Part shown: positions 11,706-22,056 of the stretch, piece by piece
How the letters are laid out: every line of letters starts with the position of its first letter
Numbering within the stretch: the first letter of the stretch is position 1
NCBI GenBank assembly: GCA_964447765.1
Contig: CAYUTO010000003.1
Span: forward strand, 8,919 to 72,918
Source of the DNA: an uncultured Gammaproteobacteria bacterium
GTDB lineage: Bacteria > Patescibacteriota > Patescibacteriia > Magasanikbacterales > UBA922
Reading direction: 5' to 3'
Length of the DNA stretch: 64,000 nucleotides
The notes under the pieces: generated by a model
Told to the model about the DNA's origin: nothing
Databases searched by the model: none
Seen by the model: the letters and a program-made list of their open reading frames with translations, nothing else
Translations under genes and position numbers: made by a program

Positions 11706-12239
11706 TTATAAAGTTAGATTACTATTATTTCTAACATACTCCATCTTCCTCGACGCAGCACAGGTAAGTGCGATTGCAAGCGCATCTGCCGCATCGTCTG
11801 GAGTAATTTTTTTCTTAACCCCTAGAATTACTTTTACCATAGACTCAAGCTGGGTTTTGTCAGCTCTCCCATACCCCGTAATACTCTGCTTTACCTCGAG
11901 TGGCGTGTATTCATGAACTGCGAGATGGGCTTTGGTGAGTGTCAGAAGAATTACTCCTCGTGCTTGCCCTACCTTAATCGCAGTTGTCACATTTTTATAA
12001 AAAAACAATTCTTCCACTGCCGCACAATTGGGTTTATGGGTCCGTATGATTTTGATCAATTCATCTGAAATATCTACTAGTCGCTCAACGAATGTACGCT
12101 TGGTATCAGTCTCAATACACCCATATTCGACAAGTGTGTGACGATCTCCCAGACAATCAATAATCCCAAACCCAACACGACCAAAACCAGGGTCGATACC
12201 AAGAATTCGGATGGGTTTTTGTGGTTTGGAAGTTGGCAT
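11706..12239 (-). CDS. ruvC: Holliday junction resolvase RuvC
   Basis: ILGIDPG, EELFF, GYGRADK, DDAADALAIA. Confidence 0.96.
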   Translation of the reverse strand: MPTSKPQKPIRILGIDPGFGRVGFGIIDCLGDRHTLVEYGCIETDTKRTFVERLVDISDELIKIIRTHKPNCAAVEELFFYKNVTTAIKVGQARGVILLTLTKAHLAVHEYTPLEVKQSITGYGRADKTQLESMVKVILGVKKKITPDDAADALAIALTCAASRKMEYVRNNSNLTL

Positions 12240-12355
12240 ACAGACTCTTGACTTTATGATCTTTAAATGCTAGATTAATTTGTCCTGGTTTGAAAGGCTT
12301 AGCAGACCAGAGGCGCTACATCAAACAACGTCGTCGCATGATTTAAGAGGGGTTC

Positions 12356-12517
12356 ATGAAACAATACGCCAAGTACTTTTTTTGGTCGGGCTTGATTACG
12401 GGAGTGGGAGCGCTCTTTGCCCGCCAGTTCTTCAACGCCGACAAGTCCGATTGCATGTTCATTCTCGGATACGCCATATTCGTGGTGTGCTGGGGCATCT
12501 ATGCAAAACTGGAGTGA
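12356..12517 (+). CDS. small two-helix membrane protein (53 aa, below the ORF-track cutoff)
   Basis: MKQYAKYFFWSGLITGVGALFARQFFNADKSDCMFILGYAIFVVCWGIYAKLE. SD-like GAGGGG, promoter TTGACT-17-TAGATT (12248-12276), downstream hairpins. Confidence 0.65.
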   Translation: MKQYAKYFFWSGLITGVGALFARQFFNADKSDCMFILGYAIFVVCWGIYAKLE

Positions 12518-12657
12518 GTATCTCCTACACTGACCGCGCACGGATGGGCTACAAGACCCTACATCTCGCGGTCCCATTCAAAAGCAGCTTATGATTAGGC
12601 TGTTTTTGTTTTATACAAAACAACTGCATTTCTGCAGTTGTATACTATATCATATTG

Positions 12658-13389
12658 TTACTTTGCCGTCGTATAGACCTCTTTTACATCATCGAGATCA
12701 TAGAGTGCTTCGACTAGAATTCCTAATGTTTCTGACTGCTCAAACGAAAGCTCTGTGGTTTCCTTTGCCATCCATTCGAGCCCTGCACTATCAGGACTAA
12801 TCCCCACTTTATTAAGCACCTCATTCATTGCTTGAAATTTTTCTTTAGGACCAACAAGTTCTATACCATTTTCACTTTCCCGAATATCATCGACTCCTGC
12901 ATCCATGAGTGAAAGCTCAAGCTCTTCCCAATTTTTTATTTCAACCCGCTTTTCAGCACTAATACGAAGCACAGCTTTGTATTCAAACTGCCATGCAACC
13001 GCACCTTTGCTCCCGAGCGATCCACCACTTTTGGTAAACGCATTTTTAATCTCCGTAAGTGCGCGATTGGTATTATCGGTCACAGACTCAACGATTACCG
13101 CAATTCCACCTGGTCCATATCCTTCGTATACCACTTCTTGAAGCACTACCCCGTCTTTCAATTCCCCCGTTCCTTTCTTCACTGCACGGTCAATATTGTC
13201 TTTCGGCATATTTACTTCTTTTGCCTTATCAATTGCGAGTCGAAGTGAAAAATTCATAGCAGGATCTCCCCCGCCATTCTGTGCTGCGATGGTAATTGCC
13301 TTGGAAACTTTGGTAAATGCGTTTGCTCGAGCTTTATCTGCTTTTCCCTTCTTACCTTGTATATTGTGCCACTTGGAATGACCTGACAT
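12658..13389 (-). CDS. yebC: YebC/PmpR family protein
   Basis: MSGHSKW, YEGYGPGG, TDNTNR. Confidence 0.95.
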   Translation of the reverse strand: MSGHSKWHNIQGKKGKADKARANAFTKVSKAITIAAQNGGGDPAMNFSLRLAIDKAKEVNMPKDNIDRAVKKGTGELKDGVVLQEVVYEGYGPGGIAVIVESVTDNTNRALTEIKNAFTKSGGSLGSKGAVAWQFEYKAVLRISAEKRVEIKNWEELELSLMDAGVDDIRESENGIELVGPKEKFQAMNEVLNKVGISPDSAGLEWMAKETTELSFEQSETLGILVEALYDLDDVKEVYTTAK

Positions 13390-13522
13390 ACGACTAATTT
13401 TATTCTTTAAGATACTTGGATTTTATCAGAAAGTAAGGAAAAATCAATCCTTTTATACACCTTTACAAAACAGGTTCAGTGAGCTAGGATAGTATCTATG
13501 AATATTCAAAATAATTAATTTT

Positions 13523-14062
13523 ATGGAAAGTCAAAATGCATGGCATTCAGTCTCAATTGGGGAAGGCCGCCCAGAAGTAGTACAAGCAATCATTGAAATT
13601 TCAAAGGGTAGTAAGGGAAAATTTGAACTCGACAAAGATTCAGGATTGATCAAGCTTGATCGTGTTCTTTTCTCAGCTGTCCACTATCCAACGAACTACG
13701 GATTTATCCCACAGACATACTGTGACGATAAAGATCCATTGGATATCCTCGTACTTTCAACCGTTGACCTCCCTCCACTCTGTCTTGTAGAAGCTCGCGT
13801 GGTAGGAGTCATGAGAATGATTGATGGTGGTGAGGGAGATGACAAAATCATTGCAGTAGCAAAAGGAGACCCGAACATGAAACATATCAATGAATTAGAA
13901 GACCTCCCACAACATACACTCGATGAGATCAGACAATTCTTCGAAGAATACAAGAAGCTTGAAAAGAAAACCGTAGAAGTAACCGGATTCGAAGGAAAGA
14001 AACGAGCACTTGAGGTGGTAGAAGAAAGTATCGCGCTCTACCAGGAAACATTCAAAAAATAA
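13523..14062 (+). CDS. ppa: family I inorganic pyrophosphatase
   Basis: [28 protein letters not shown]. Confidence 0.95.
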   Translation: MESQNAWHSVSIGEGRPEVVQAIIEISKGSKGKFELDKDSGLIKLDRVLFSAVHYPTNYGFIPQTYCDDKDPLDILVLSTVDLPPLCLVEARVVGVMRMIDGGEGDDKIIAVAKGDPNMKHINELEDLPQHTLDEIRQFFEEYKKLEKKTVEVTGFEGKKRALEVVEESIALYQETFKK

Positions 14063-14068
14063 GTAATA

Positions 14069-14103
14069 CAAAAAAACATCCCGATTGAGTCGGGATGTTT
14101 TTT
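14069..14103. terminator. bidirectional terminator between ppa and rpoC
   Basis: AAAAAAACATCCCGA-TTGAG-TCGGGATGTTTTTT. Confidence 0.8.
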
Positions 14104-14123
14104 ATTTGTTCTACTTACACTCT

Positions 14124-17100
14124 CTATTGAGCCGCAAGTTCTTCTTTCATTACTTCGATTGCACGCTCTTTGGTACCTGTTCCCGCAGGAATCAAGCGAC
14201 CGATAATAACGTTTTCTTTCAATCCTTCCAGATGATCCATCTTTCCGGTAATTGCTGCGTTTACCAATACACGAGATGTTTCTTGGAACGACGCACTTGA
14301 AAGGAAACTCTGGGTGGTAAGAGAGATCTTACTGATACCCATAAGCATATCCCGTCCTCGGGCAATTTTTTGTTTATGCTTTTCAGCCTCTTCATTTGCA
14401 AGCATGAGTTGTGAACGTTCAACGATTTCTCCAGGAATAAGATCAGTATCTCCCGTATCTTCGATAAATACACGAGAGAACATTTGCTTCACGATAATTT
14501 CAATATGTTTGTCGTTCAAGCGCTGACCTTGTGACGCATAGATTTCCTGAATTTCTTTCAAGATATAACGCTTCACCGCATCCTGACCTTTGAGATCAAA
14601 CAGTTCTTTCAAATCAAGTGATCCTTCAGTCAATTGGTCACCTTTTTGAGCCATGTCTCCAGCTTTGACCCAGAGTTTGTATCCCAGTGGGACAATATAT
14701 TCCTTGGTCGTCTTACCATCGTAAATATAATGAAGTTTCATGCCATCAACGGTAACTTTTCCATCATACTCAGCTTTGATTTCTTCGCCAGATGCTCCAC
14801 GAATGATGAGGGTATCACCTGCTTGGATTTTTTGTCCTTCAGCAACTTTTACATCATCTTCACCATGGATATCGTAGACAATCTCGTCAATTCCATCATG
14901 ATGGATTTTCACAATCTTTTGTCCACGGCGACCTTCAAAAATCTTTCGTCCAGTCGGACCCATGACTACTTTTCCATCAGCATCTTCAATTTCCACGGTT
15001 CCTGCAACTTCTGAGAGAATTGCTTTTCTCTTTGGCATACGTGCTTCAAACAATTCTTCTACTCGAGGTAGACCCTGTGTGATATCTCCTCCAGCAACTC
15101 CTCCAAGATGGAAGGTACGCATGGTCAGCTGGGTTCCTGGTTCTCCGATAGATTGAGCAGCGATAACTCCAACAGCAGTTCCTTTCTGAACTACGGTTCT
15201 ACTACCCAAATCATATCCATAACATTTTGAGCAGATTCCTTTTGCAAGACGACATTGTAATACTGATCGTACATGCACCACCTCAATTCCATGTTTTTCA
15301 ATTTCTCTGGCAGCATGTTCGGTTACCACTTCACCTTTTTCGACCAGCACTTCTTTACCTACTTTCACCGCTTCGAGTACAAATCGTCCAAGTACGCGCT
15401 CTGAAACTGTTTCTCCCATTTGTTCTGAGTCAGCTTTATTGAACACTTCTCCTACCGTATCTCCACAATCTTCTGAGCGGACTACGACATCTTGTGCAAC
15501 ATCAACCAAACGACGGGTTAGATATCCTGCGTTTGCAGTTCGGAGAGCAGTATCAGAAAGTCCTTTTCGCACACCGTGACTTGAGATAAAGAATTCAAGT
15601 ACATCGAATCCTTCTTTGAAGTTTCCTTTTACTGGGAGCTCGATAATGTCTCCACTTGGACTTGCCACGAGACCTTTCATCGCAATAACCTGCCCCAGCT
15701 GAGCCCATGAACCACGAGCACCTGAGTCAATCATCGCAAATACTGATCGGTCTTTGTTCAATACACCTTTTAAATGTGCAAGTAATGCTTCTTTTGCTTC
15801 AGTCCAGATTTCAAGAATTTTTGCATGACGTTCTGAATCAGTAAGCAAACCTTCATTAAATTGTTCATACACTAATTCCACTTTCTTATCAGCTTCTGCC
15901 AACAGTGCGCGTTTGTTATCAAGTAATGGGAAGTCATCTTTTCCAAGTGAGTATCCTGATTTGGTAACGTATTTGAATCCAAGCTCTTTGATCTTATCCA
16001 AATGATGCGCGGTAGTTTCCTGTCCGTACAATTCAAGCAAGAGCTGAATAATGTTACTCAAATGTTTTTTGGTAATGGTTTCGTTGTAGTATGGAAGTTT
16101 TTCAGGCAAAATTTCATTAAAGAAAATTCGTCCCATTGAAGTTTCCATGAAGCTCTTGGTACCTGCAGGGAATTTTGCCATTTCAGCTTCACCCAATCGC
16201 ACATTGATACGTTCTTTCAAGGTAATCAAGCGAATCTTATACGCATATTTTGCTTCAGTAACATTAGCAAAGTTTCTCTTTACTGGAGCAGTATCAGTTT
16301 CATCGTATTTGGTCAGATAATAACATCCAAGCGCAATATCCTGCTGTGGAGTAATTACCGGGCTTCCGGTAGCTGGCTTCAACAAGTTCTTTTCACTTGC
16401 CATCAAATTCTCAGCTTCCCATTTTGCCTGTTCAGACAATGGCAAATGAACCGCCATCTGATCTCCATCAAAGTCTGCATTGAACGCGGGACATACCAAT
16501 GGATGAAGTTTGATTGCTTTACCTTCTACCAGACGAGGTTTGAATGCCTGAATACCGAGACGGTGCAGTGTTGGTGCGCGGTTCAAAAGTACACGAGTTT
16601 TTTTGGTCAATTCTTCAAGAATATCCCACACTTCTGGTGCATTACTTTCGATAAAGCGAGAAGCACTTCGTACATTGTGTGCAAGTTCACGCTTGATAAT
16701 TTCAGACATGATAAACGGCTTGAACAGTTCAAGGGCGATAATTTTTGGCAAACCACACTCATCAATTTTGAGGGTTGGTCCAACCACAATTACTGAACGA
16801 CCTGAATAGTCGACACGTTTTCCAAGCAAGTTCTGACGGAAACGACCTTGTTTTCCTTTCAAAATATCAGCAAGAGATCGGAGTTGGCGTTTCTGTCCAG
16901 TTGAAGCACGAACAGTCTTTGAAGCTCTTGCACTGTTATCGATCAAAGCATCAACTGCTTCTTGTAACATGCGTTTTTCGTTTCTGCAGATTACTTCAGG
17001 TGCATTAAGCTCAACCAAACGTCTCAAACGATTGTTGCGGTTGATTACACGGCGATATAAATCATTTAAATCAGAAGTTGCAAATCGTCCTCCGTCAAGT

Positions 17101-18026
17101 GCTACCATTGGGCGCAAATCTGGTGGAATAACGGGGATTGCGGTCATGATCATCCATTCTGGTCGGATATCATTTTTATTTAGACTCTTCAACAATTTTA
17201 CCCGTCGAATCAGTCTTTCACGTTTTGCACCTTTACTCTTGATAATCTCTCCTTCAAGACGAACAATTGTTTCAGGAAGATCCAATCTTTCAAGAAGCCC
17301 ACGAACTGCTCCAGCTCCGATGCTTGCTTCAAACAAGTGACCGTAGCGGATTGAGAGTTCCTGGTAATATGCTTCTGAAATAATATTCATGACTGAGATA
17401 TCTTTCAACTCAGACTCAGCTGATTTGAAATCTTCTTCCAGAGATTCGAGTTTTCGATCGCGTTCTTCCTCGATTTCTTTCTTTTCTTTTTTCTCTTTAC
17501 CTTCGAGCAACTTTTCAGCTTCGACTTCAATCTGTTTTTTCTTTGATTTGTATTCTTTTTTCAAAGCTTCTACCGTAAGTGCTTTTTCCTCTTCTTCTAC
17601 CTGAGTAATAATAAATGACGCAAAGTAGATTACTTTTTCAAGTGATTGGATTGAGAGGTCAAGAACGAGACCAATACGTGATGGAATTGTTCGGAGGAAC
17701 CAGATATGAGAAACAGGTGCCGCAAGCTCGATATGTCCCATGCGTTCGCGGCGTACTAATGAATGCGTAACTTCTACGCCACATTTGTCACACACGATTC
17801 CTTTATATCTGATTTTTTTGTATTTTCCACAATAACATTCCCAATCTTTGGTAGGTCCAAAAATTTCTTCTGCAAAAAGCCCACCTTTTTCTGGCTTTTG
17901 TGTACGGTAATTGATTGTTTCTGGTTTATAGACTTCTCCGAATGACCATTTGCGGATTACTTCGGGTGAAGCGACCTTCAGACGCAAAGCGTCAAAGTTC
18001 ATTGTATGTAGTATATCGCGTGACAT
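14124..18026 (-). CDS. rpoC: RNA polymerase beta' subunit
   Basis: N-terminal zinc-finger cysteines, NADFDGD, GEPGTQLTMRTFH. Confidence 0.98.
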   Translation of the reverse strand: MSRDILHTMNFDALRLKVASPEVIRKWSFGEVYKPETINYRTQKPEKGGLFAEEIFGPTKDWECYCGKYKKIRYKGIVCDKCGVEVTHSLVRRERMGHIELAAPVSHIWFLRTIPSRIGLVLDLSIQSLEKVIYFASFIITQVEEEEKALTVEALKKEYKSKKKQIEVEAEKLLEGKEKKEKKEIEEERDRKLESLEEDFKSAESELKDISVMNIISEAYYQELSIRYGHLFEASIGAGAVRGLLERLDLPETIVRLEGEIIKSKGAKRERLIRRVKLLKSLNKNDIRPEWMIMTAIPVIPPDLRPMVALDGGRFATSDLNDLYRRVINRNNRLRRLVELNAPEVICRNEKRMLQEAVDALIDNSARASKTVRASTGQKRQLRSLADILKGKQGRFRQNLLGKRVDYSGRSVIVVGPTLKIDECGLPKIIALELFKPFIMSEIIKRELAHNVRSASRFIESNAPEVWDILEELTKKTRVLLNRAPTLHRLGIQAFKPRLVEGKAIKLHPLVCPAFNADFDGDQMAVHLPLSEQAKWEAENLMASEKNLLKPATGSPVITPQQDIALGCYYLTKYDETDTAPVKRNFANVTEAKYAYKIRLITLKERINVRLGEAEMAKFPAGTKSFMETSMGRIFFNEILPEKLPYYNETITKKHLSNIIQLLLELYGQETTAHHLDKIKELGFKYVTKSGYSLGKDDFPLLDNKRALLAEADKKVELVYEQFNEGLLTDSERHAKILEIWTEAKEALLAHLKGVLNKDRSVFAMIDSGARGSWAQLGQVIAMKGLVASPSGDIIELPVKGNFKEGFDVLEFFISSHGVRKGLSDTALRTANAGYLTRRLVDVAQDVVVRSEDCGDTVGEVFNKADSEQMGETVSERVLGRFVLEAVKVGKEVLVEKGEVVTEHAAREIEKHGIEVVHVRSVLQCRLAKGICSKCYGYDLGSRTVVQKGTAVGVIAAQSIGEPGTQLTMRTFHLGGVAGGDITQGLPRVEELFEARMPKRKAILSEVAGTVEIEDADGKVVMGPTGRKIFEGRRGQKIVKIHHDGIDEIVYDIHGEDDVKVAEGQKIQAGDTLIIRGASGEEIKAEYDGKVTVDGMKLHYIYDGKTTKEYIVPLGYKLWVKAGDMAQKGDQLTEGSLDLKELFDLKGQDAVKRYILKEIQEIYASQGQRLNDKHIEIIVKQMFSRVFIEDTGDTDLIPGEIVERSQLMLANEEAEKHKQKIARGRDMLMGISKISLTTQSFLSSASFQETSRVLVNAAITGKMDHLEGLKENVIIGRLIPAGTGTKERAIEVMKEELAAQ

Positions 18027-18071
18027 ATAGAAGTGTATGGGTTTAAGAGTTTAGGATTTAGACGTAGGTTA

Positions 18072-21000
18072 TTATTCAGTAGCTTTTCCTCGTTTTGTTT
18101 CTTCTTGCTCTTGTCCTGCTCCATACTCTCTCGCTCTCATATCGCGATGTTCTCTCACTACTTCTTCTGCGGGCGAATAACTTCCATCTTCTTCCTTCTT
18201 CAAAAGCTCCACATCAAGGGCAAGCCCTTTCATTTCACGTACCAATACATTGAATGATTCTGGAAGATTGATTTTGGTAATTGCCTCACCTTTGATAATT
18301 GCTTCATATGCTTTCGCACGTCCTGGGACATCATCTGATTTGATGGTCAAAATTTCCTGGAGTGTATGTGCTGCGCCATATGCTTCCAAGGCCCATACTT
18401 CCATTTCTCCAAAACGCTGTCCTCCGAATTGAGCTTTACCTCCAAGCGGCTGCTGGGTGATAAGACTGTACGGACCGATTGAACGCTGGTGAATTTTATC
18501 TTCGACCATGTGATTAAGCTTCAACATGTAGTTGTAACCAACGGTAGTTTTGTGTTCATATGGTTCACCATTACGTCCATCATAGAGCTGTAATTTTCCG
18601 TCCACTGGGAATCCAGCTTTCACGAGCTCTTCTTCGATTTGAACTTCAGTAATACCATTTAATACCGGAGTAGCTGCTTTGTATCCAAGTGCATTTGCTG
18701 CAAGACCCAAATGTGTTTCAAGCAATTGTCCCAAGTTCATACGTGAAATAACACCCAATGGAGAGAGGATAATGTCTACGGGAGTTCCGTCTTCCAAAAA
18801 TGGCATGTCTTCAGCTGGGACCACACGTGAAATAACACCTTTGTTTCCGTGTCTTCCTGCCATCTTGTCTCCGACCTGGATTTTTCGCATGTCAGCGACT
18901 GTCACCTGTACTTGTTTGATAACACCTGGCTGTAATTTGTCTCCAGCTTCTGCTGAGAAGATTTTTACATCAATTACTTTTCCTTGTTCACCATGTTCGA
19001 GATAGAGTGATGAATCTCGTACGTCACGAGCTTTTTCTCCAAAAATTGCACGAAGCAATCTCTCTTCAGGGGTTAATTCAGTTTCTCCTTTTGGTGTAAT
19101 TTTTCCGACCAAAATGTCTCCCGAATGAACTTCGGCTCCAATTCGGACAATACCTTCTGAATCAAGATTTCGGAGTTTTTCTTCACTTACATTTGGAATA
19201 TCATTCGTGATTACTTCTTCACCGAGTTTGGTTTCACGAACATCAATGGTGTAGTCTTCAATATGAATCGACGTGTATCGATCATCTTTTACCAAACGAT
19301 CAGAAATAATAACCGCATCTTCGTAGTTGAATCCATCCCATACCATGTAGGCTACAAGCACGTTTTGTCCAAGACCCAATTCTCCATCTTTGATACTTGG
19401 TCCATCAGACATTGGATGACCCTTCTTCACTTTTTGTCCCAATGTTACGGTTGGTTTTTGATTAATACAACTTGAGGCGTTTGAGCGTAAAAATTTACCC
19501 AAATCCCATCGGTATACTTTTCCTTTTTTATCAGTTAATTCAATTCTTCCTCCATCTACATAGGTAATTTCTCCCTCTGCTGGAGCTTTGATCACATATC
19601 CACTATTTTCTGCAGCAGCTTTTTCAACTCCAGTTCCAACCAATGGAGGTTCTGGTTTGATACAAGGTACTGCTTGGCGCTGCATGTTTGTTCCCATCAA
19701 CGCACGAGTAGCATCATCATGTTCAAGGAACGGAATGATACTGGTTGCAAGTGATAAGATCTGATTTGATGCAACATCAATATACTGAATAGTACTTACT
19801 TCAGTTACTTGTGCTTCACCATGTACACGAGCTGGAGTTTTTTCATCAAGGAGATATCCTCGATCGTCCATTCGAGTAGTTGCACTTGCGGTTACTGAGC
19901 GTTCTTCTTGGAACGAGTTCAAATATACAATTTCATCAGTGACACGTGGCTTAATTTTGATTGTTTTATACTCTTTACTTCCTTCCAATTTCTTTGCAAT
20001 TGCAGCAGTAATTTCTTCACCTGCTTTTATGATTCCTCCAATTGCTTCTAATACAAATTCACCTTCCGTGAATTTCGCATTGTTTTCTACTTCATGCAAT
20101 ACTTTTCGGTATGGAGTTTCAAGAAATCCAAATGGATTCACTTTGGCATAGGTTGATAAATGTCCTACCAAACCAATGTTTGGTCCTTCAGGAGTTGCAA
20201 TCGGACAAATACGTCCATAGTGCGTACGGTGTACGTCACGAACTTCGAATCCTGCTCGGTCACGAGAAAGTCCACCAGGACCAAGAGCGGACACGCGGCG
20301 TTTGTGTTCAAGTTCTGCTAATGGGTTTACCTGGTCCATGAACTGTGACAACTGTGAACTCATGAAGAATTCACGGATAACTGAAATTACTGGTCGTGCA
20401 TTGATCAGTTTGTTTGGAGCGATCGTTTCGACTTCCATAGTACTCATACGGTCTTTTGCAATACGTTCCATACGAGCAAGACCGATGCGGAATCGATTCT
20501 GCACCAGTTCACCTACTCCACGCACACGACGATTTCCCAAGTGATCGATATCATCAGCTTCTTCCTGTGTTACATTAAGACGAATAACTTCTTTTAATAC
20601 ACGAAGTAATTTTTCAGGTGAAAGCACACGCTCTTCTTTGGAGTCATACGCACTTTCTTTAAGACCCAAATCAAATTTAGTATCAAATTTGTATACACCT
20701 ACTTTACCGAGGTCATAGCGATCAAAATTGAAGAACATCGCATGAATCAGACTTCGAGCGTTCTCAGCAGTTGCCAAATCTCCTGGGCGAATACGGCGGT
20801 ATACTTCAATCAATCCATCTTCTTCGCTTTTTGCCGTATCTTTTTTCAAAGTAGCATCAACGTAATCAATGTTTGGATGTGTATTGACGTCAGCGAATAA
20901 TTCTTTGATTTTCTCATCATCTGAATATCCAAATGCACGGAGGAGTGACGTTGCTGCAACTTTTCGTTTGCGATCAACTTTGATCCACAATACATTGTTC

Positions 21001-21530
21001 TGATCAGTTTCAATTTCTATCCATGCTCCACGGTTTGGAATAATTTTTGCCCCGTAAAATCGTCTACCACGAACCACTTCTGCAGTAAAAAATGCCCCCG
21101 CACTACGAATAAGCTGTGACACGATCACACGCTCAATTCCATTGACCATGAATGTTCCCCGTGCAGTCATGAGTGGAACGTCCCCCAAATAAATTTCTTG
21201 TTTGTCTGATTTACCCGTGCGCTTATTGTGCATTCGCACATTAATACGAAGCGGTGCTTCGTAGGTGATATTCTTGTTTCGGCAAGTCACCTCATCAAAT
21301 TTTGGTTCATCAAGATAATATTCTTCAAAATAAAGCTCGAGATCACGTCCCGTAAAATCAGTAATTGGAGAAAGCTCGTCAAATAATTCTCGGAGTCCTT
21401 CCTTGAAAAACCAGTCATACGAATTTTTCTGTACTTCGATCAAATCAGGAGCAGTGATCGCATCTCGCAATTTGGTAAAAAATTTCCGCTCATTTGTTTT
21501 TAGCGGCTGTCTTCGAAAGAGTGGTACCAT
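18072..21530 (-). CDS. rpoB: RNA polymerase beta subunit
   Basis: SQLSQFMDQ, TPEGPNIGL, GDKMAGRHGNKG, GQRFGEME. Confidence 0.98.
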   Translation of the reverse strand: MVPLFRRQPLKTNERKFFTKLRDAITAPDLIEVQKNSYDWFFKEGLRELFDELSPITDFTGRDLELYFEEYYLDEPKFDEVTCRNKNITYEAPLRINVRMHNKRTGKSDKQEIYLGDVPLMTARGTFMVNGIERVIVSQLIRSAGAFFTAEVVRGRRFYGAKIIPNRGAWIEIETDQNNVLWIKVDRKRKVAATSLLRAFGYSDDEKIKELFADVNTHPNIDYVDATLKKDTAKSEEDGLIEVYRRIRPGDLATAENARSLIHAMFFNFDRYDLGKVGVYKFDTKFDLGLKESAYDSKEERVLSPEKLLRVLKEVIRLNVTQEEADDIDHLGNRRVRGVGELVQNRFRIGLARMERIAKDRMSTMEVETIAPNKLINARPVISVIREFFMSSQLSQFMDQVNPLAELEHKRRVSALGPGGLSRDRAGFEVRDVHRTHYGRICPIATPEGPNIGLVGHLSTYAKVNPFGFLETPYRKVLHEVENNAKFTEGEFVLEAIGGIIKAGEEITAAIAKKLEGSKEYKTIKIKPRVTDEIVYLNSFQEERSVTASATTRMDDRGYLLDEKTPARVHGEAQVTEVSTIQYIDVASNQILSLATSIIPFLEHDDATRALMGTNMQRQAVPCIKPEPPLVGTGVEKAAAENSGYVIKAPAEGEITYVDGGRIELTDKKGKVYRWDLGKFLRSNASSCINQKPTVTLGQKVKKGHPMSDGPSIKDGELGLGQNVLVAYMVWDGFNYEDAVIISDRLVKDDRYTSIHIEDYTIDVRETKLGEEVITNDIPNVSEEKLRNLDSEGIVRIGAEVHSGDILVGKITPKGETELTPEERLLRAIFGEKARDVRDSSLYLEHGEQGKVIDVKIFSAEAGDKLQPGVIKQVQVTVADMRKIQVGDKMAGRHGNKGVISRVVPAEDMPFLEDGTPVDIILSPLGVISRMNLGQLLETHLGLAANALGYKAATPVLNGITEVQIEEELVKAGFPVDGKLQLYDGRNGEPYEHKTTVGYNYMLKLNHMVEDKIHQRSIGPYSLITQQPLGGKAQFGGQRFGEMEVWALEAYGAAHTLQEILTIKSDDVPGRAKAYEAIIKGEAITKINLPESFNVLVREMKGLALDVELLKKEEDGSYSPAEEVVREHRDMRAREYGAGQEQEETKRGKATE

Positions 21531-21755
21531 ACGTTGTAAGCATGTTAGACGTCCGATCTAGGGGGTTCTGACCGGTCGGGGCTGGTAAGTAAGACAACAA
21601 AAAAATTCCTTTTCACAAAGGATCTTTACTTGCTTTTAATTGTAAAAATGGAATCGAGGCATGGGATAGATCCGGATAATTCCCTCTGCAGCTTGGTGCC
21701 GCAGAGCGAGAAGACCAGAAAATAGTCTCTTTTTTCCTGTAAACGTAATGTCGTT

Positions 21756-21784
21756 AGGATACCCGAAAAGAATCAAAGTGTCAA
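21756..21784 (-). promoter_or_regulatory. rpoBC sigma70-like promoter
   Basis: Minus-strand TTGACA-17-TATCCT. Confidence 0.6.
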
Positions 21785-21890
21785 ATGAGAACACTTGTGT
21801 AAATTATTGTCAAGAAATCGCATATTTTGGCTAAAAAAAGAGCAATATGAGTCCTATTTATCCCCCATATGACCACCTTTGTCCCCAAAG

Positions 21891-21928
21891 TTATCCACAA
21901 ATCTCTTAATTTAGCCAAATTATGCACA
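21891..21928 (+). promoter_or_regulatory. DnaA boxes
   Basis: Perfect TTATCCACA (21891-21899) and one-mismatch TTATGCACA (21920-21928). Confidence 0.5.
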
Positions 21929-22056
21929 GATCTTCTGCCATCCACCTACGTAAACTCTGTATAGACTGCAAAATATGATACAATACTATCTTAGATTGTA
22001 CCTGCACATAGAGTTTTTACGTTACTTATTACCCGATTACCCTAACCAACTTCTTT

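Noticed and set aside
12280-12594. 104-aa (+) and 92-aa (-) ORF-track calls
   Set aside because: The 53-aa frame at 12356 has the SD, a coherent membrane profile and a stop before the hairpins.
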